64,000 bases of DNA from an uncultured Chloroflexia bacterium (GTDB taxonomy: Bacteria; Chloroflexota; Anaerolineae; CG2-30-64-16), in the NCBI GenBank assembly GCA_963810095.1, contig CAWEMM010000008.1:113474-177473 (forward strand), given 5' to 3'. Positions 39,517-52,417 of the stretch are shown here, in pieces. The number at the start of each line of letters is the position of its first letter. Positions within the stretch are counted from its first letter, which is position 1. A program made the translations under genes and the position numbers. The notes under the pieces were generated by a model. The model saw only the letters and a list, made by a program, of their open reading frames with translations, was not told the origin of the DNA and ran no database searches.

Positions 39517-41658
39517 TGTCGGTCGAGTTGAGAAACGATGCGGCGACTTTGCGCAGGCGGCTTTATCGCCGGGCCTTTCTGGAGAGCTTCGTTAAGCTTG
39601 ATCCGCGGCGCCAAGTGAAGAACCCGGTCATGTTCGTGACCGAGGTGGGGGCGCTCTGCGTAACGGTGTTAGCCGTTCAGGCCATCGCCTCCAGCGCAAA
39701 CCTCGTGGCTTTCACGATCGGGATTGCCGGCTGGCTCTGGCTAACCGTGCTGTTTGCGAACTTCTCGGAGGCTCTCGCGGAGGGCCGCGGCAAGGCCCAG
39801 GCAGAGGCCTTGCGGAAGACGCGCCGGGATACCCAGGCCCGCAAGATCGTACCCCCGGCCCGGGGTGGGTCGGGGCATGGTGCAAACCGCCGGGTAGAGG
39901 TCGCTCCGTCGACCTCCCTCCGGCAGGGCGACCTTTACCTCGTCGAAACGGGCGACGTGCTGCCGGCCGACGGCGAAATCGTGGAAGGCATCGCTTCCGT
40001 GGACGAGAGCGCGGTGACGGGTGAAAGCGCGCCGGTGGTGCGCGAGGCAGGCGGCGACCGCAGCGCGGTCACGGGCGGAACCCGGCTGTTGTCGGACTGG
40101 CTCGTCGTGCGCGTAACGGCGGAGCCCGGCCACGGCTTTCTCGAGCGAATGATCGCGATGGTGGAAGGTGCGAAGCGCCAGCGGACGCCTAACGAGATCG
40201 CCTTGAGCATCCTGTTATCGAGCTTCACGATCATGTTCCTGGTCATCTGCGCGACTTTGCTCCCCTTCTCAATCTACAGCGTGCAGGCGGCGGGCCAGGG
40301 TGCGCCTTTGTCGATCACCGTGCTCGTTGCGCTGCTCGTGTGCCTCATCCCGACGACCATCGGCGGGCTACTGTCAGCTATTGGCATTGCCGGCATGGAC
40401 CGCATGATCCGGCGGAACGTCGTTGCCACGTCGGGGCGGGCAGTCGAAGCCGCGGGCGACGTGGACGTCCTGCTCTTGGACAAGACGGGGACGATCACCT
40501 TGGGCAACCGGCAGGCGGTCGAGTTCGTCCCGGTTGCCGGGACAGCGGTCCGTGACCTGGCGGAGGCTGCGCAACTCGCTTCACTCGCCGACGAGACGCC
40601 GGAGGGTCGCAGCATCGTCGTGCTGGCGAAGGAGAAGTACGGCCTGCGGGCACGCACGCTGGGATCGAGCGACGGAGCGCCGGATTCGCATTCGCATGAG
40701 ATGGAGTTCATCCCCTTCACCGCGCAGACCCGCATGAGCGGGGTCGATATTCCGGCCAATGGGCGGGCCGCGGCGACAACCGCATACCGCAAGGGCGCGC
40801 CGGATGCCATCATCAACCTGGTCGAGGCTGCAGGCAACTCGACGCCACCCGACTTGCGCGGCGGCAGTGGAAGCTATTGCGCGCTCGGGCGGTACGCCGC
40901 TGGTCGTCAGCCAGGACGGCTGCGCGCTGGGGGTGGTGCACCTGAAGGACATCGTCAAGGGTGGGATCAAAGAGCGCTTCGAGCAACTGCGCCGGATGGG
41001 CATTAAGACGGTGATGATCACGGGCGATAACCCGCTGACCGCGGCCGCGATTGCGGCGGAGGCCGGGGTCGACGACTTCCTGGCGCAGGCGACTCCCGAG
41101 ACAAAGCTGAAGTTGATCCGCGAGTACCAGGCCGGTGGGCGGCTGGTCGCCATGACGGGGGATGGGACGAACGACGCACCTGCGCTCGCCCAGGCCGACG
41201 TCGCTGTGGCGATGAATACCGGCACGCAGCCCGCCCGCGAGGCTGCCAATATGGTCGACCTGGACTCGAACCCGACGAAGCTGATCGAAATCGTCGAGAT
41301 CGGCAAGCAGTTGCTGATGACGCGCGGCGCGCTGACGACGTTCAGCATCGCCAACGATGTGAGCAAATACTTCGCCATCATCCCGGCCGCGTTTGCCGCG
41401 ATCTACCCGGAGTTGGGCGTGCTCAACTTCATGCACCTGGCTACGCCGCAGAGTGCGATCCTGTCGGCGGTTATTTTCAACGCGCTGATTATCGTCCTGC
41501 TGGTGCCGCTGGCCTTGCGCGGCGTGCCCTACCGGGCGCTGCCGGCCAGCCAACTGCTCCGAAACAATCTCTTGATCTACGGCCTGGGCGGGCTGATCGC
41601 GCCCTTCATCGGGATTAAGCTGATCGACATGCTCCTGGTTGCCCTTCGGGCGGCGTAA
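39516..41658 (+). CDS. kdpB: K+-transporting ATPase subunit B; frameshift near 40860
   Basis: [40 protein letters not shown]. Confidence 0.96.
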
Positions 41659-41693
41659 TCGCCGAAGCATGACACGCCGAGTAGGAGTTTCGA

Positions 41694-41900
41694 ATGAGAA
41701 GAATTGACGAGATGCGAAGATCTGGCCCAGCCCGGAGCTGGCTCCCGCTATACGTGGCGTTTGCGGTCGTACTGGGTATGCTGTGGCTAGAGCGACATGC
41801 GTCACTGACGCCGACAGACCACACGATCGCATTACTCACCGTCCTGGCGATCTTCTTCGTCGTGACGTGGCTGTGGCTCGGGACGGAGGAGCGAAGATGA
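41694..41900 (+). CDS. small 2-TM protein between kdpB and kdpC
   Basis: RBS AGGAG, two hydrophobic segments, ATGA overlap with kdpC. Confidence 0.6.
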   Translation: MRRIDEMRRSGPARSWLPLYVAFAVVLGMLWLERHASLTPTDHTIALLTVLAIFFVVTWLWLGTEERR

Positions 41901-42508
41901 CTTTGAGAGCCCAAGTGCGTCCGGCGTTAGTGACCTTCGCACTGCTGTCGCTGTTGACCGGGTTGATCTATCCTCTCGTCGTGACAGGGGTGGCGCAGGT
42001 CGCGCTGCCTGGCCGGGCCAACGGCAGCCTGGTCAGGGGCGTCGACGACGGCTACATCGGCTCCAGCTTGATCGGTCAGAACTTCACCGATGCCAAGTAC
42101 TTCTGGGGCCGGCCATCGGCTACGGCGGGCGCGCCGTACACGCCCTACGACGCCAAGGCGCTCACCGGGTCGAGCGGCTCGAACTTGGGACCGCTCTCCG
42201 CCGACCTGCGTACGGCGGTCGAGGATCGGATCGCGGCGTTACGCGCCGCAGACCCTGGGAACACCGCCGACATCCCGGCCGACCTGGTGACCGCCTCGGC
42301 CAGTGGGCTCGACCCAAGCATCAGCATCGGGGCCGCACTCTACCAGGCGCCGCGTGTAGCGCGTGTGCGTGGCATCGAAGAGGCGATCGTGCGCGGGCTG
42401 ATCGACAAGCACGCAGAGAGCCGGTGGCTGGGCGTCTTCGGCGAGCCGCGCGTGAATGTACTGGCCCTGAACCAGGCATTGGACAGCCTGCAGCAAGGTG
42501 TACAATGA
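41897..42508 (+). CDS. kdpC: K+-transporting ATPase subunit C
   Basis: GSSLIGQNF, YFWGRPSA, VTASASGLDP, GEPRVNVL.LN. Confidence 0.96.
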   Translation: MTLRAQVRPALVTFALLSLLTGLIYPLVVTGVAQVALPGRANGSLVRGVDDGYIGSSLIGQNFTDAKYFWGRPSATAGAPYTPYDAKALTGSSGSNLGPLSADLRTAVEDRIAALRAADPGNTADIPADLVTASASGLDPSISIGAALYQAPRVARVRGIEEAIVRGLIDKHAESRWLGVFGEPRVNVLALNQALDSLQQGVQ

Positions 42509-42512
42509 GGTC

Positions 42513-45175
42513 ATGATCGAGCGACCGGATCCTGATGCATTGCTGAAGCGTGTGCAAGCCGAGGAAGAGCGTGCGGGTCGTGGTCGACTGAAGATCTTCC
42601 TCGGCTACGCTGCAGGCGTCGGCAAGACTTTCGCCATGCTCGAGGCGGCACACCAGCGCAAGGCCGAAAGCGTCGACGTCGTGGTGGGATACATCGAAAC
42701 CCACGGCCGCGCCGAGACCGAAACGATGCTCGCAGGACTCGAGGTGCTGCCTCGGCAGCAGGTGTCATACCGAGGCGTTACCCTCCCCGAACTCGACGTC
42801 GACGCGCTGCTCGCACGCCACCCGCAACTCGCGCTCATCGACGAGCTGGCGCACACCAACGCCGAGGGCGTCCGGCATCTGAAACGCTACCAGGATGTGG
42901 AGGAGCTCCTGGCGGCGGGCATTGACGTCTATACGACCCTCAATGTGCAGCACCTGGAAAGCCTGAACGACGTCGTCGCCCAGATCACAGGGACACGCCA
43001 ACGCGAGACCGTGCCTGACCGGGTGTTGGACGAGGCCGCCGAGATCGAGATGGTGGACCTCCCGCCCGACGAGTTGCTCCGGCGCCTGCGTGAGGGCAAG
43101 GTCTACGTGCCGGATCAGGCCAGCCGGGCTATCGAGCAGTTCTTCCGCAAGGGCAACCTGACGGCCCTGCGCGAAATGGCGCTGCGTCGGGCTGCGGAAC
43201 GCGTCGACGATCAGATGCGCAGCGTACATGCAGACGCGCGCGATCCCTGGGCCGTGGCACGCCAGCGAGCGCATCCTGGTCTGCGTGAGCGCCAGCCCTT
43301 CATCCGAGCGGCTAATCCGTTCCGCGAGGCGTCTGGCGGATGAGCTAAAGGCACCCTGGTACGCCTTGCACTTCCAGTCCGCAAGGCGACCGGATTTGCG
43401 CGAGACGGATCGCGAGCGCGTCACCGCGCACCTGCAACTGGCCGAATCGCTCGGCGCCGAGGCCGCGACGTTGACGGGCGAATCCTTTGCGGACACAGTG
43501 CTCGACTTTGCCGTCACGCATAACGTCACCAAGATCGTTATTGGGGCCTGGGTTCGTTCGCGCTGGCTCGACGCACTTCGTGGCTCAGTTGTCGAGGACC
43601 TGGTGCACAAGAGCGGCGATATCGACGTCTACATCATCAGCGACACGCCCTCGCCAGCCCCCCAACTGGCGCCTGTGCATCACCCCCGCGTCCAGCTCGC
43701 TTGGCGCGGGTATGCGTGGAGCGCCGGCCTGGTCGCGCTTGCAACGCTATTCGGCCTGGCGCTGCGCGGCCGGGTTGAGCCGACCAACCTGGTCATGCCC
43801 TACCTGGCCGTCGTCCTCCTTGCCGCCCTCTACCTGGGCCGCGCGCCCGCGGTGCTGAGCGCGCGTCCTGGGCGTGCTGGCCTTTGATTTCTTCCTCGTG
43901 CCGCCCTATTTCACGTTTGCGGTTAGCGATACGCAGTACGTGCTGACGTTCTTTGGCCTGGGTCTCCTCGGGCTGATCGTCAGCGACCTGGCGGCCCGGG
44001 CGCGCGACCAGGCGGTGGCCGCGATCCGCCGCGAGGCCCAAACTGCCGCGCTGTACGACTTGAGCCGCGAACTGACCTCCGCCACAGACCTGCAGGGAAT
44101 CGTAAACGTAGTGATTGCGCAGGTCGAGCGCGTGTTCGAGCGCGGCGCCGTGGTTTTCCTGCCTCAGGGCGAGATGCTCGAGCCATTTGCGGGCGCGGGG
44201 ATCGCGGAAGCGAGCGAACACGATCTGGCGGTAGCCACGTGGGCCTTCGAGCACGGTCAGCCTGCCGGCAGGGGGACCGACACGTTACCGGCTGCCGGCC
44301 TGCGCTGCCTGCCCATGCTCACCCCGCGGGGGGCCGTCGGGGTGCTGGGGATCCGGCCGGGGCCAGAAGAACGGATGCTGACGACAGATCAGCGCCGCAC
44401 GCTCAATTCCTTTGCGAACCAGGCAGCTCTCGCAGTGGAGCGCGAGCAGCTCCTCGAAAAGGCGCGCGCCGCCGAGTTGCTGCAGGCCACCGAGAAGCTG
44501 CAGCGCTCGCTGCTTGATTCGGTGTCCCACGAACTCCGCACCCCGCTCGTAACGATCACGGGCGCACTCAGCACGCTGGAGGAAGACGGCGCTCAGTTGG
44601 ATAGGGCCACCCAGCACAGCCTGGTCGACAGCCGCGCGCGAAGAAGCGGACCGTTTGAACCAGGTGGTCGCGAATCTCTTGAGCATGAGCCGGTTGGAAG
44701 CCGGGCGCGCTGCATCTGTTATTGGCCGGGCGCCGATGTGGAAGACCTGGTCGGCAGCGCACTGGACGCGCTGGGCCGGCGGATCAAGGGGCGAGAAATC
44801 GCTACGTGCTTACCGACTGATCTACCCATGGTGCGAGTTGATTTCGTCCTGATGGTCCAGGTCTTCGTCAACCTGTTGGATAATGCGCTAAAATACTCGC
44901 GAGCCGACCAGCCAATCAGCATCGAGGCCGTCCGGGAGGGCCATGTCGTGAAGGTGGCTGTGGCCGACCACGGCCCCGGCATCCCGGCGACGGACATCGA
45001 CCGCGTCTTCGACAAATTTTACCGGGTTCAGCATGCAGGAGTGGCCAGCGGGACAGGGCTGGGGCTGTCGATCTGTCGCGGCATAGTCGAGGCGCACGGC
45101 GGGCAGATTTGGGCGAAGCCAACCTCGGGCGGCGGGACCACGGTCACCCTGGCCCTGCCCATAGATAATTCGTAG
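42513..45175 (+). CDS. kdpD: sensor histidine kinase KdpD; frameshifts near 43225, 43865 and 44635-44720
   Basis: GYAAGVGKT, DELAHTN, USP domain, 4 TM, SHELRTPL, NLLDNALKY. Confidence 0.93.
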
Positions 45176-45182
45176 CGATGCG

Positions 45183-45875
45183 ATGAGCGAGCCTGCCTTG
45201 CGAGTTCTGGTGATCGACGATGAGGCGTCCATCCGGCGCTTCCTGCGGACCGCGCTCACGACCCACGGCCACAAGGTATTCGAGGCGGGGACGGCGCAAG
45301 AGGGTATGGTTCGCATCATCGACGACCGCCCGGATCTTGTCATCCTCGACCTCGGTCTCCCAGATGGGGACGGCGTGGAGGTGACGCGCCGCGTGCGCGA
45401 GTGGAGCCAGGTGCCGATCATCATCCTTTCAGTCCGGGAGGCGGAGGCGGAGAAGGTCGGCGCACTTGACGCGGGTGCGGATGACTATCTGACCAAACCC
45501 TTCGGCCTGAGCGAACTCCTGGCCCGCATGCGGGTGGCGATGCGACGCCAGGTCCGGGAGACCAGCGAGCCGGTCATCCGGGTGGGAGAGCTGACAGTCG
45601 ACCTGGCGCGGCGTATGGTCACGGTTGGCGAGGCGCCGGTCAGCCTGACGCCAACTGAGTATGCACTGCTCCGAGTACTGGCCATGCATGCGGGACGCGT
45701 GCTGACACACAACCAACTCCTGCGCGAAGTCTGGGGGATGGGCTACGAAGACGATCTCCACATGTTGCGCGTGAACATGAGCAACCTGCGGCGCAAGATC
45801 GAGCCGGATTCGACGCGGCCGACTTATATTCAGACCGAGCCCGGTGTAGGGTACCGGCTAAGGGTGACCGACTAG
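45183..45875 (+). CDS. kdpE: response regulator KdpE
   Basis: OmpR family regulator directly after kdpD. Confidence 0.94.
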   Translation: MSEPALRVLVIDDEASIRRFLRTALTTHGHKVFEAGTAQEGMVRIIDDRPDLVILDLGLPDGDGVEVTRRVREWSQVPIIILSVREAEAEKVGALDAGADDYLTKPFGLSELLARMRVAMRRQVRETSEPVIRVGELTVDLARRMVTVGEAPVSLTPTEYALLRVLAMHAGRVLTHNQLLREVWGMGYEDDLHMLRVNMSNLRRKIEPDSTRPTYIQTEPGVGYRLRVTD

Positions 45876-46213
45876 AGCATCATCATTGAATGACCTACGA
45901 TGACATTGAGCTTCGCTAGATGATCCTGGTGATCGATCTGGCACCGGACGACAGAAATCCCTTCTGACGTATGTACGACGTTCGCTGTGAGATTGCTCTT
46001 GGTAAGATCGGGAATAAGACATCCAGCTTCCGAAGTAGTCGGCAAAACGGTGAGACTGGGCTGACGCTCCGCACTGGCTGCCCTGCGCATAGCGGTGTAC
46101 AATGGAACCAAGCTGCTGGCTACAGTCAATAGCACTGCTGCGAGTCCATGCGTGCGGCCAGCCCGGCTCCGCGCTTGCGAATCTTCTAATAGCGAGGAGA
46201 GGTCTTCCTACAG

Positions 46214-48996
46214 ATGCGGACGGTTGAGTTGCTGCAGCCCAAGCTGCAGAGGCCGCGAGTTCCTCGCTATTACCTGCCGCGCCCCCGCCTCATCGAGCGG
46301 CTCGGCCAGGGAGCCCAAGGGCCCCTCACCCTGGTCTGCGCCGGGGCGGGCTACGGCAAAACGACGCTGGTAAGTTCATGGGTCGAGAGCCTGACGGTTC
46401 GGAACGACCCGGTCTCACGCCAGCGTGTCATCTGGCTATCTCTCGACGAACGGGATAGCGATCTTGACGTTTTTCTGCGGTACCTAATCGCAGGGCTGCG
46501 CACGGTCTTCCCTGACGCCTGCCAAAACGCATCGGCGCTGCTCGTCGGGTCGACGCAAGCGCCGTTTGACGTTCTCTCTACCACGCTCATTAACGAGATT
46601 GCCGGCCTCCCCGATGATTTCGTCCTGGTCCTGGACAATTATCATTTCGTCAGTGGGACGGTTGTACCCGATTTCTTTGGCGAGTTGGAACGCCACTGGC
46701 CACAAGCGATGCACCTGGTGCTGCTTTCCCGCTATGCTCCTCCCTTGCCGCTGGCGGCATTGCGCGCCCACGGGCAACTGACGGAGATTCGCGCACGCGA
46801 CCTGCGATTCACGCGTGACGAGATAGGCGAGTACCTGCTCAAGGCGGCACAGGCCCCCCTGAGCCCGAACGGCATCAATCTGATCGAGCGCCGGACCGAA
46901 GGCTGGGTTGCCGGACTGCAGCTCGCCAGCATCGCCCTGCGGAATACCGACGATCATGACGCCGTGCTCGCCACCCTTGCCGGCCTGCAGTCCGAATTTG
47001 CGCACTACGTGGCCAGCGAGCTGCTGGCGCACCAACCCGCGCCGGTCCGATCGTTTCTTCTTCAAACCTCCATCCTCGAAAGCTTTTGCACCGAATTGTG
47101 CGACGACGTCATCGAGGCTGAGGATTCTGAGTGGAACGTGCGGCGGTGTATTGACTGGATCGAAAGCCATAATCTGTTTGTTACGTCTCTCGATAGCCGG
47201 AGGGAATGGTACCGTTATCACCAGATGTTCCGCAGTGCGCTGCTCGAGCGCGCTCTGGCAGAGCTGGGTCCAGGGCGGGTCAACGAACTGCAGTGTAGTT
47301 CAGCAAGCTGGTTTGCACAGCGTGGATCGATCGATGAAGCGGTGTCGCTTGCGCTGGCAGCCGGCGATCGTGAGCTGGCAAGCCGTTGCATCGCCAACGG
47401 ATTTCGCGATGCCCTCGACCGCCAGGACAGGGCCACGCTGGACCGGTGGCTGAGACTCTTTCCAGATGAATTCGTCCGGGCTCGTCCAGATCTCATGCTG
47501 GTGCGATGCGCCAGCCTACAGATCTCCTGGCAGCTCGGCACGCTGGCCACAGAGCTTCGCCATACGGTCAAACTGCTGGGCGAGCCGGTTTTCGGCTCCA
47601 CTGGGATCGACCTCGACACGGTGCGTGGATGCGTGAGCGTCCTGTCGGCGATAGACGCGTACTTGGCCGATGACCCTGTCCGCAGCGCCGCCTACGTCGC
47701 GGGATGCGCTCCCGTTAGTTGCCTGAGTCATGGTCGTTCATGCGGGGATTGGCTCTTCTTGCACGGTGCCTCAGCATGCAGGCCCGTGGGCAGGGCTCGG
47801 CGGCCGTGCGGCACTTGATCGATAGCTATGGGATGCTCGGCGACCGGGCCACTCCGTATGCTCTGCGTCATCTTCAGGTTCTCTCATTCATCTACTATAT
47901 GGAGGGCGAGGATCTCGACCTGCTCAGTCAAACCGCGCAGAAACTGAGCGAGGAGAGTGAAACGAGGGCCCTGCCCTTTCTGCAGAGCTGGGGCTTGCTG
48001 ATGCACGGCCTCGCCCAATATCAGCTCAACGAACTCGCCGACGCCAAGCAGACCCTCGCTCGGCTTACTGCGTTCAGATATACCGGAAACCTGGGAGCAC
48101 TGCGTGGCGGAACGTCCCAGCTGGCACTCATCCTGCAGAGCATGGGTGAAGAGCATGAGGTCGAGGACCAGATGAAGTTGCTCCGCCAGCTCGACCTGGA
48201 CCAATTCGGACGGGAGAGCGATGAGACCCGCTCGCTCGACGCGCGGCTGGCGCTGATGCGCGGTGATTGGCATGGCGCATGCCGGTGGGCTGATGGTTTC
48301 GCCGCGCCTGTGCCCCAAGTGGCGTGGCCCTGGCAGGATCCCCCGCATATCGTCAAAGCTCGGATCCTATTGGCGAGAGGAGCAGAGACCGATTTGCGAG
48401 AGGCGCTCGAAATCCTGGATGAACTCCACGAGAGAGCTTCGCGCAGCCACAATGTGCGGCTGCAGATCGAGATACTTGCGTTGCGTTCCCTGGTCCTCGA
48501 CGCAATGCAAAGGACCGCCGATGCCCTGAGCGCGCTGCAGGCCGCGGTGGATCTCGCTCGGCCGGGGGGCTTCGTCCGCCCGTTTGTTGATCTGGGTTCG
48601 CCCATGCGGGAAGCGTTGAGCCGGCTGGCAAGGCGCGAGGATGTGCGCCTTCTCCCAACGCTTCGTGCTATCCTCGGTCAATTCGGCGGCCAGGCGACCG
48701 GGGCAGCGCCGGGAGGTGGGGCACGCATGGATAGCACGGGCGACGACGGCGGCCAGCCGGTGAGCGGGTTCGATCCCGACCTCATACCATTGGTCGAGCC
48801 GCTAACCGCTCGCGAGCTCGAGATCTTGAGGCTCTTACCCGAGCCTCTAGCTGGCAAGGAAATTGCGCGACAGCTCCACATTTCCTATCAGACGTTCAAG
48901 CGTCACAGCATCAACATTTACGGGAAACTCGGCGTCAATAAGCGCTGGGCTGCCGTAGCCAGGGCAGAGGCTCTCGGCCTTCTTCCTCCACGCTAG
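46214..48996 (+). CDS. MalT-like STAND ATPase-LuxR transcriptional regulator; frameshift near 47710
   Basis: AGAGYGKTT, WLSLD..D, TEGWVAGLQL, YRYHQMF; C-terminal LTARELEIL…IYGKLGV. Confidence 0.9.
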
Positions 48997-49081
48997 CCAA
49001 CTCTTCTCCTACACCCATTCTACTCCCTTTTGGACCCTCTGGATGGTAGCGCCGTGCTCGCGGTGATGCTACGCTTGCTTC

Positions 49082-49349
49082 ATGATGGATGCGCCAGATT
49101 TTGATGCCTTAACGTTTGACGGGCCGGCGTCTTACCGGATTCGAGTGCGCGGGGAGGTCCCGGCTCGATGGTCGCACTCGGCTGGAGGGGATGGCCATCG
49201 CGGTGCAGGCCTCGGCCGACGGCCCACCCACCACAATCCTCACCGGAAATCTGGAGGACCAGGCAAGCCTGGCGGGAGTTCTCCGCACGCTGTACGAACT
49301 GCATTTGCCGGTGCTGTCTGTCGAGTGCCTGGTTGCCCGACGCGCCTAG
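49082..49349 (+). CDS. small conserved hypothetical protein (frameshift near 49175)
   Basis: YRIRVRG…RWS..LEGM…LTG.L.DQASLAGVL..LY.L.LPVLSVE, a pattern commonly seen beside MalT-like regulators. Confidence 0.65.
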
Positions 49350-49388
49350 CCTTGAAGGGTCCATACATAGATTAAGGAGGCACTTCTT

Positions 49389-50886
49389 ATGAGCGTCACG
49401 TCTACACCTGCCACCCAGACCAGGCGGAAGTTCAACTTCCCGTCGGCATTCACGATCCTCTTTATCCTGCTAATCCTTATCGCTGCCGCGACTTTCATCA
49501 TCCCGGCCGGCCAATACGATTACGACGCGGACGGCGCCCCCATCCCGGGCACCTATCACTCGGTTCCGGCCAACCCGCAGAAGTTGCTCGCCAGCGCACT
49601 TAAGGGCCCGATCAATGGCATGTACGGCATCGAGGATGCCAGCGGCAACGTCGACTTCTGGAACTCCGGCGAGTTGTTCGGTGCGATCGACGTTGCGCTC
49701 TTCGTCCTGATCATCGGCGGCTTCCTCGGTGTCACGATGAAGACCGGCGCTATCAATGCCGGCATCGCCTGGGTTGTCAGCAAGCTCAAGGGCAAAGAGA
49801 AGTGGCTCTTCCCCATCCTGATGACGATCTTTGCCATCGGCGGCACGAGCTACGGTATGGCCGAAGAGACGCTGGCCTTCTACGCTCTCATTATCACGGT
49901 CATGCTCGCGGCCGGCTATGATGGGCTGGCCGCCGGCGCAACGATCCTTCTGGGAGCCGGCATCGGCGTCATCGGCTCTACCGTCAACCCATTTGCAACC
50001 GGCATCGCCTCCGGGTTTGCCGGCACGACGATTAGCGAGGGCTTGATCGGCCGGCTCGTCATCCTGATCGTCGGCACTATCCTGGGCATCATCTTCGTCG
50101 TGCGCTACGCCGAGCGGGTCAAGAAGGACCCGAGCAAGTCGCTGATCTACAGTGAGAAATCCGAAAACGAAAAGCAGTTCATGTCGGGGAATACAGAGGG
50201 AACCGACTTTGGTCAAGTTCACCGGCCGGCACAAGGTGATCCTCTTCTTCTTCTTCCTCGCCTTCGTCGTGATGGTTTACGGCGTGATCCCCTGGGCCGA
50301 TCTCGGCCTCGCCATTCCCACGTGGTGGTGGTGGTTCCCCGAGATGACCGCCTGCTTCCTGTTCTTTGGGATCCTGATCGGCATCATCGGTCGCCTCCCT
50401 GAGAAGGAACTCGTCAACACGTTCGTCGACGGCGCTCGCGACATGCTCGGCGTCGCCCTGATCATCGCCGTCGCCCGCGGCGTCACGGTGATCATGAATA
50501 ACGGCCTGATCACCGACACCGTGCTCAACTGGGCCGAACAGGCAGTCGCCGGCCTCAGCAGCGTAGCATTCATCATCGTCACCTACATCCTGTATTTACC
50601 GCTGTCGTTCCTGATCCCATCCAGTTCCGGTCTGGCCACTGTGTCCATGCCGATCATGGCCCCGCTCGGCCAGTTCGCCGGGGTGCCGAACTACCTGATT
50701 GTCACCGCGTATCAGACCGCGAATGGCCTCGTCAACCTGGTGACGCCGACTTCGGCCGTCGTCATGGGTGGCCTCGCCATCGCGCGGGTGGGCTACGGCA
50801 CATGGTGGAAATTCGTCTGGCCGCTGTTGATACTGCTCGCCGTCCTCAGCATCCTGGTGCTGGCCGTCGGCGTCGTCGCGGCGTAA
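49389..50886 (+). CDS. YfcC family transporter (candidate arginine/ornithine antiporter); frameshift near 50215
   Basis: FPSAFTIL, IPAGQY, GGTSYGMAEE, TVNPFATGIAS, PSSSG…MPIM.PL. Confidence 0.9.
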
Positions 50887-52286
50887 TTGGAGTTACCCAA
50901 GGAGGCAGGCGTGACCGTCGCCGGCGAACCCACAACAACGTACTACACCTCGGATGCACGTCGCGAGATCGGCCGCGGGCGGCGCACGAGCGCTTCGCGT
51001 GCCGCCCACGGTGAGTGGAAGCCGGCCGCCGGCCGCCGCAACCCGATCGACATCCTGGAGGAGTCCAACATCGGACGCGTGCCCGACCTGGTGCCCATTC
51101 GCTTCGGCCGCATGGTGACCAGCCCGTTTGCGTTCCTGCGCGGCTCCGCTGCGGTCATGGCCGCGGACCTTGCGCCCACGTCGACCAGCGGCATCTTCGT
51201 GCAGGCGTGCGGCGACTGCCACCTGTCCAACTTCGGCCTGTTCGCTACGCCCGAGCGCAACCTGGTCTTCGACCTGAACGACTTCGACGAGACGCTGCCC
51301 GCGCCGTGGGAATGGGACATCAAGCGGCTCGCCGCCAGCTTCGTCGTTGTCGGGACGCGAGAACAACTTGGCTGACAGCCGCTGTGAGGCCATCGTGCGG
51401 GTCCTGGCAGACTCCTATCGCACGCACCTGCAGGAGTACTCCGAGATGCGGGTGCTGGACGCCTGGTATGCGCGCCTCGACGACCGGATGCTGATCGCGA
51501 CGGCGCCGGATGCCGAGGCGCGGCAGCGGCGCAAGGCAATCGCGGTCAAGGCGCGCGCCTCTGTGGCCGAATACTTGTTCCCGAAGATCAGCAAGGTCGT
51601 GGATGGGCGCCGCCGCGTTGTCGACCAGCCGCCGCTGGTGTTCCATTCCACGGCGCACGGTGAAGAGCAAGGGCGGGTCATGGCGGTCATGAGTGCTTAT
51701 CACGAGTCGCTGCCGGAGGACCGCCGCAAGTTATTCGAAAGCTATCGCTACCAGGACCATGCTTTCAAGGCCGTCGGTGTCGGGAGTGTCGGCACGCGCT
51801 GCTATGTGCTGCTGTATCTTGCTGACGACAAGGATCCGCTGCTCTTGCAGGCCAAGGAGGCGCGGCGGTCGGTGCTCGAGCCATACGCGGGCAAGAGCCA
51901 GTACGCCCACAGCGGTCAGCGCATCGTGATCGGGCAGCGTCTGATGCAAGCCGCCAGCGATATCTTCCTGGGCTGGACAAGCGGAGTGGACGGGACGCAC
52001 TACTATATCCGCCAGCTGCGAGATATGAAGTTCTCCGTGCCCCTCGTCGACCTCGACGCGAAAGCGCTGGCCAATTATGCCGCTCTCTGCGGTTGGGCGC
52101 TGGCTCGGGCCCACGCCAAGGGCGGCGATGCCGCCATGATCTCGGGCTACCTGGGCCGCAGCGACGCGTTCGACCAGGCGCTCGGCGAAGTTCGCACTCG
52201 CCTACGCGGACCAGACCGAGCGCGACCATGCGGCCCTCGTCATGGCTGTCAAATCAGGCCGCGTGCAAGCCGTCACGGTTGCGTGA
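50887..52286 (+). CDS. DUF2252 family protein (kinase-like motifs); frameshifts near 51350 and 52190
   Basis: RFGRM..SPFAFLRG, CGDCHLSNFG, FDLNDFDE, KAVGVGSVGTR, RQLRDMK. Confidence 0.88.
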
Positions 52287-52417
52287 CACCGGCAGCGCGG
52301 AACTCAAGCCGGCAAGGGCTCGGCGCTGGCGCTCGATTTGTTCACCAACCATCGCGTGTTATCAAGCAACCAACGTGGCGACTCGCGCCACGACACACTC
52401 AACAGGAGAGACTTAGA

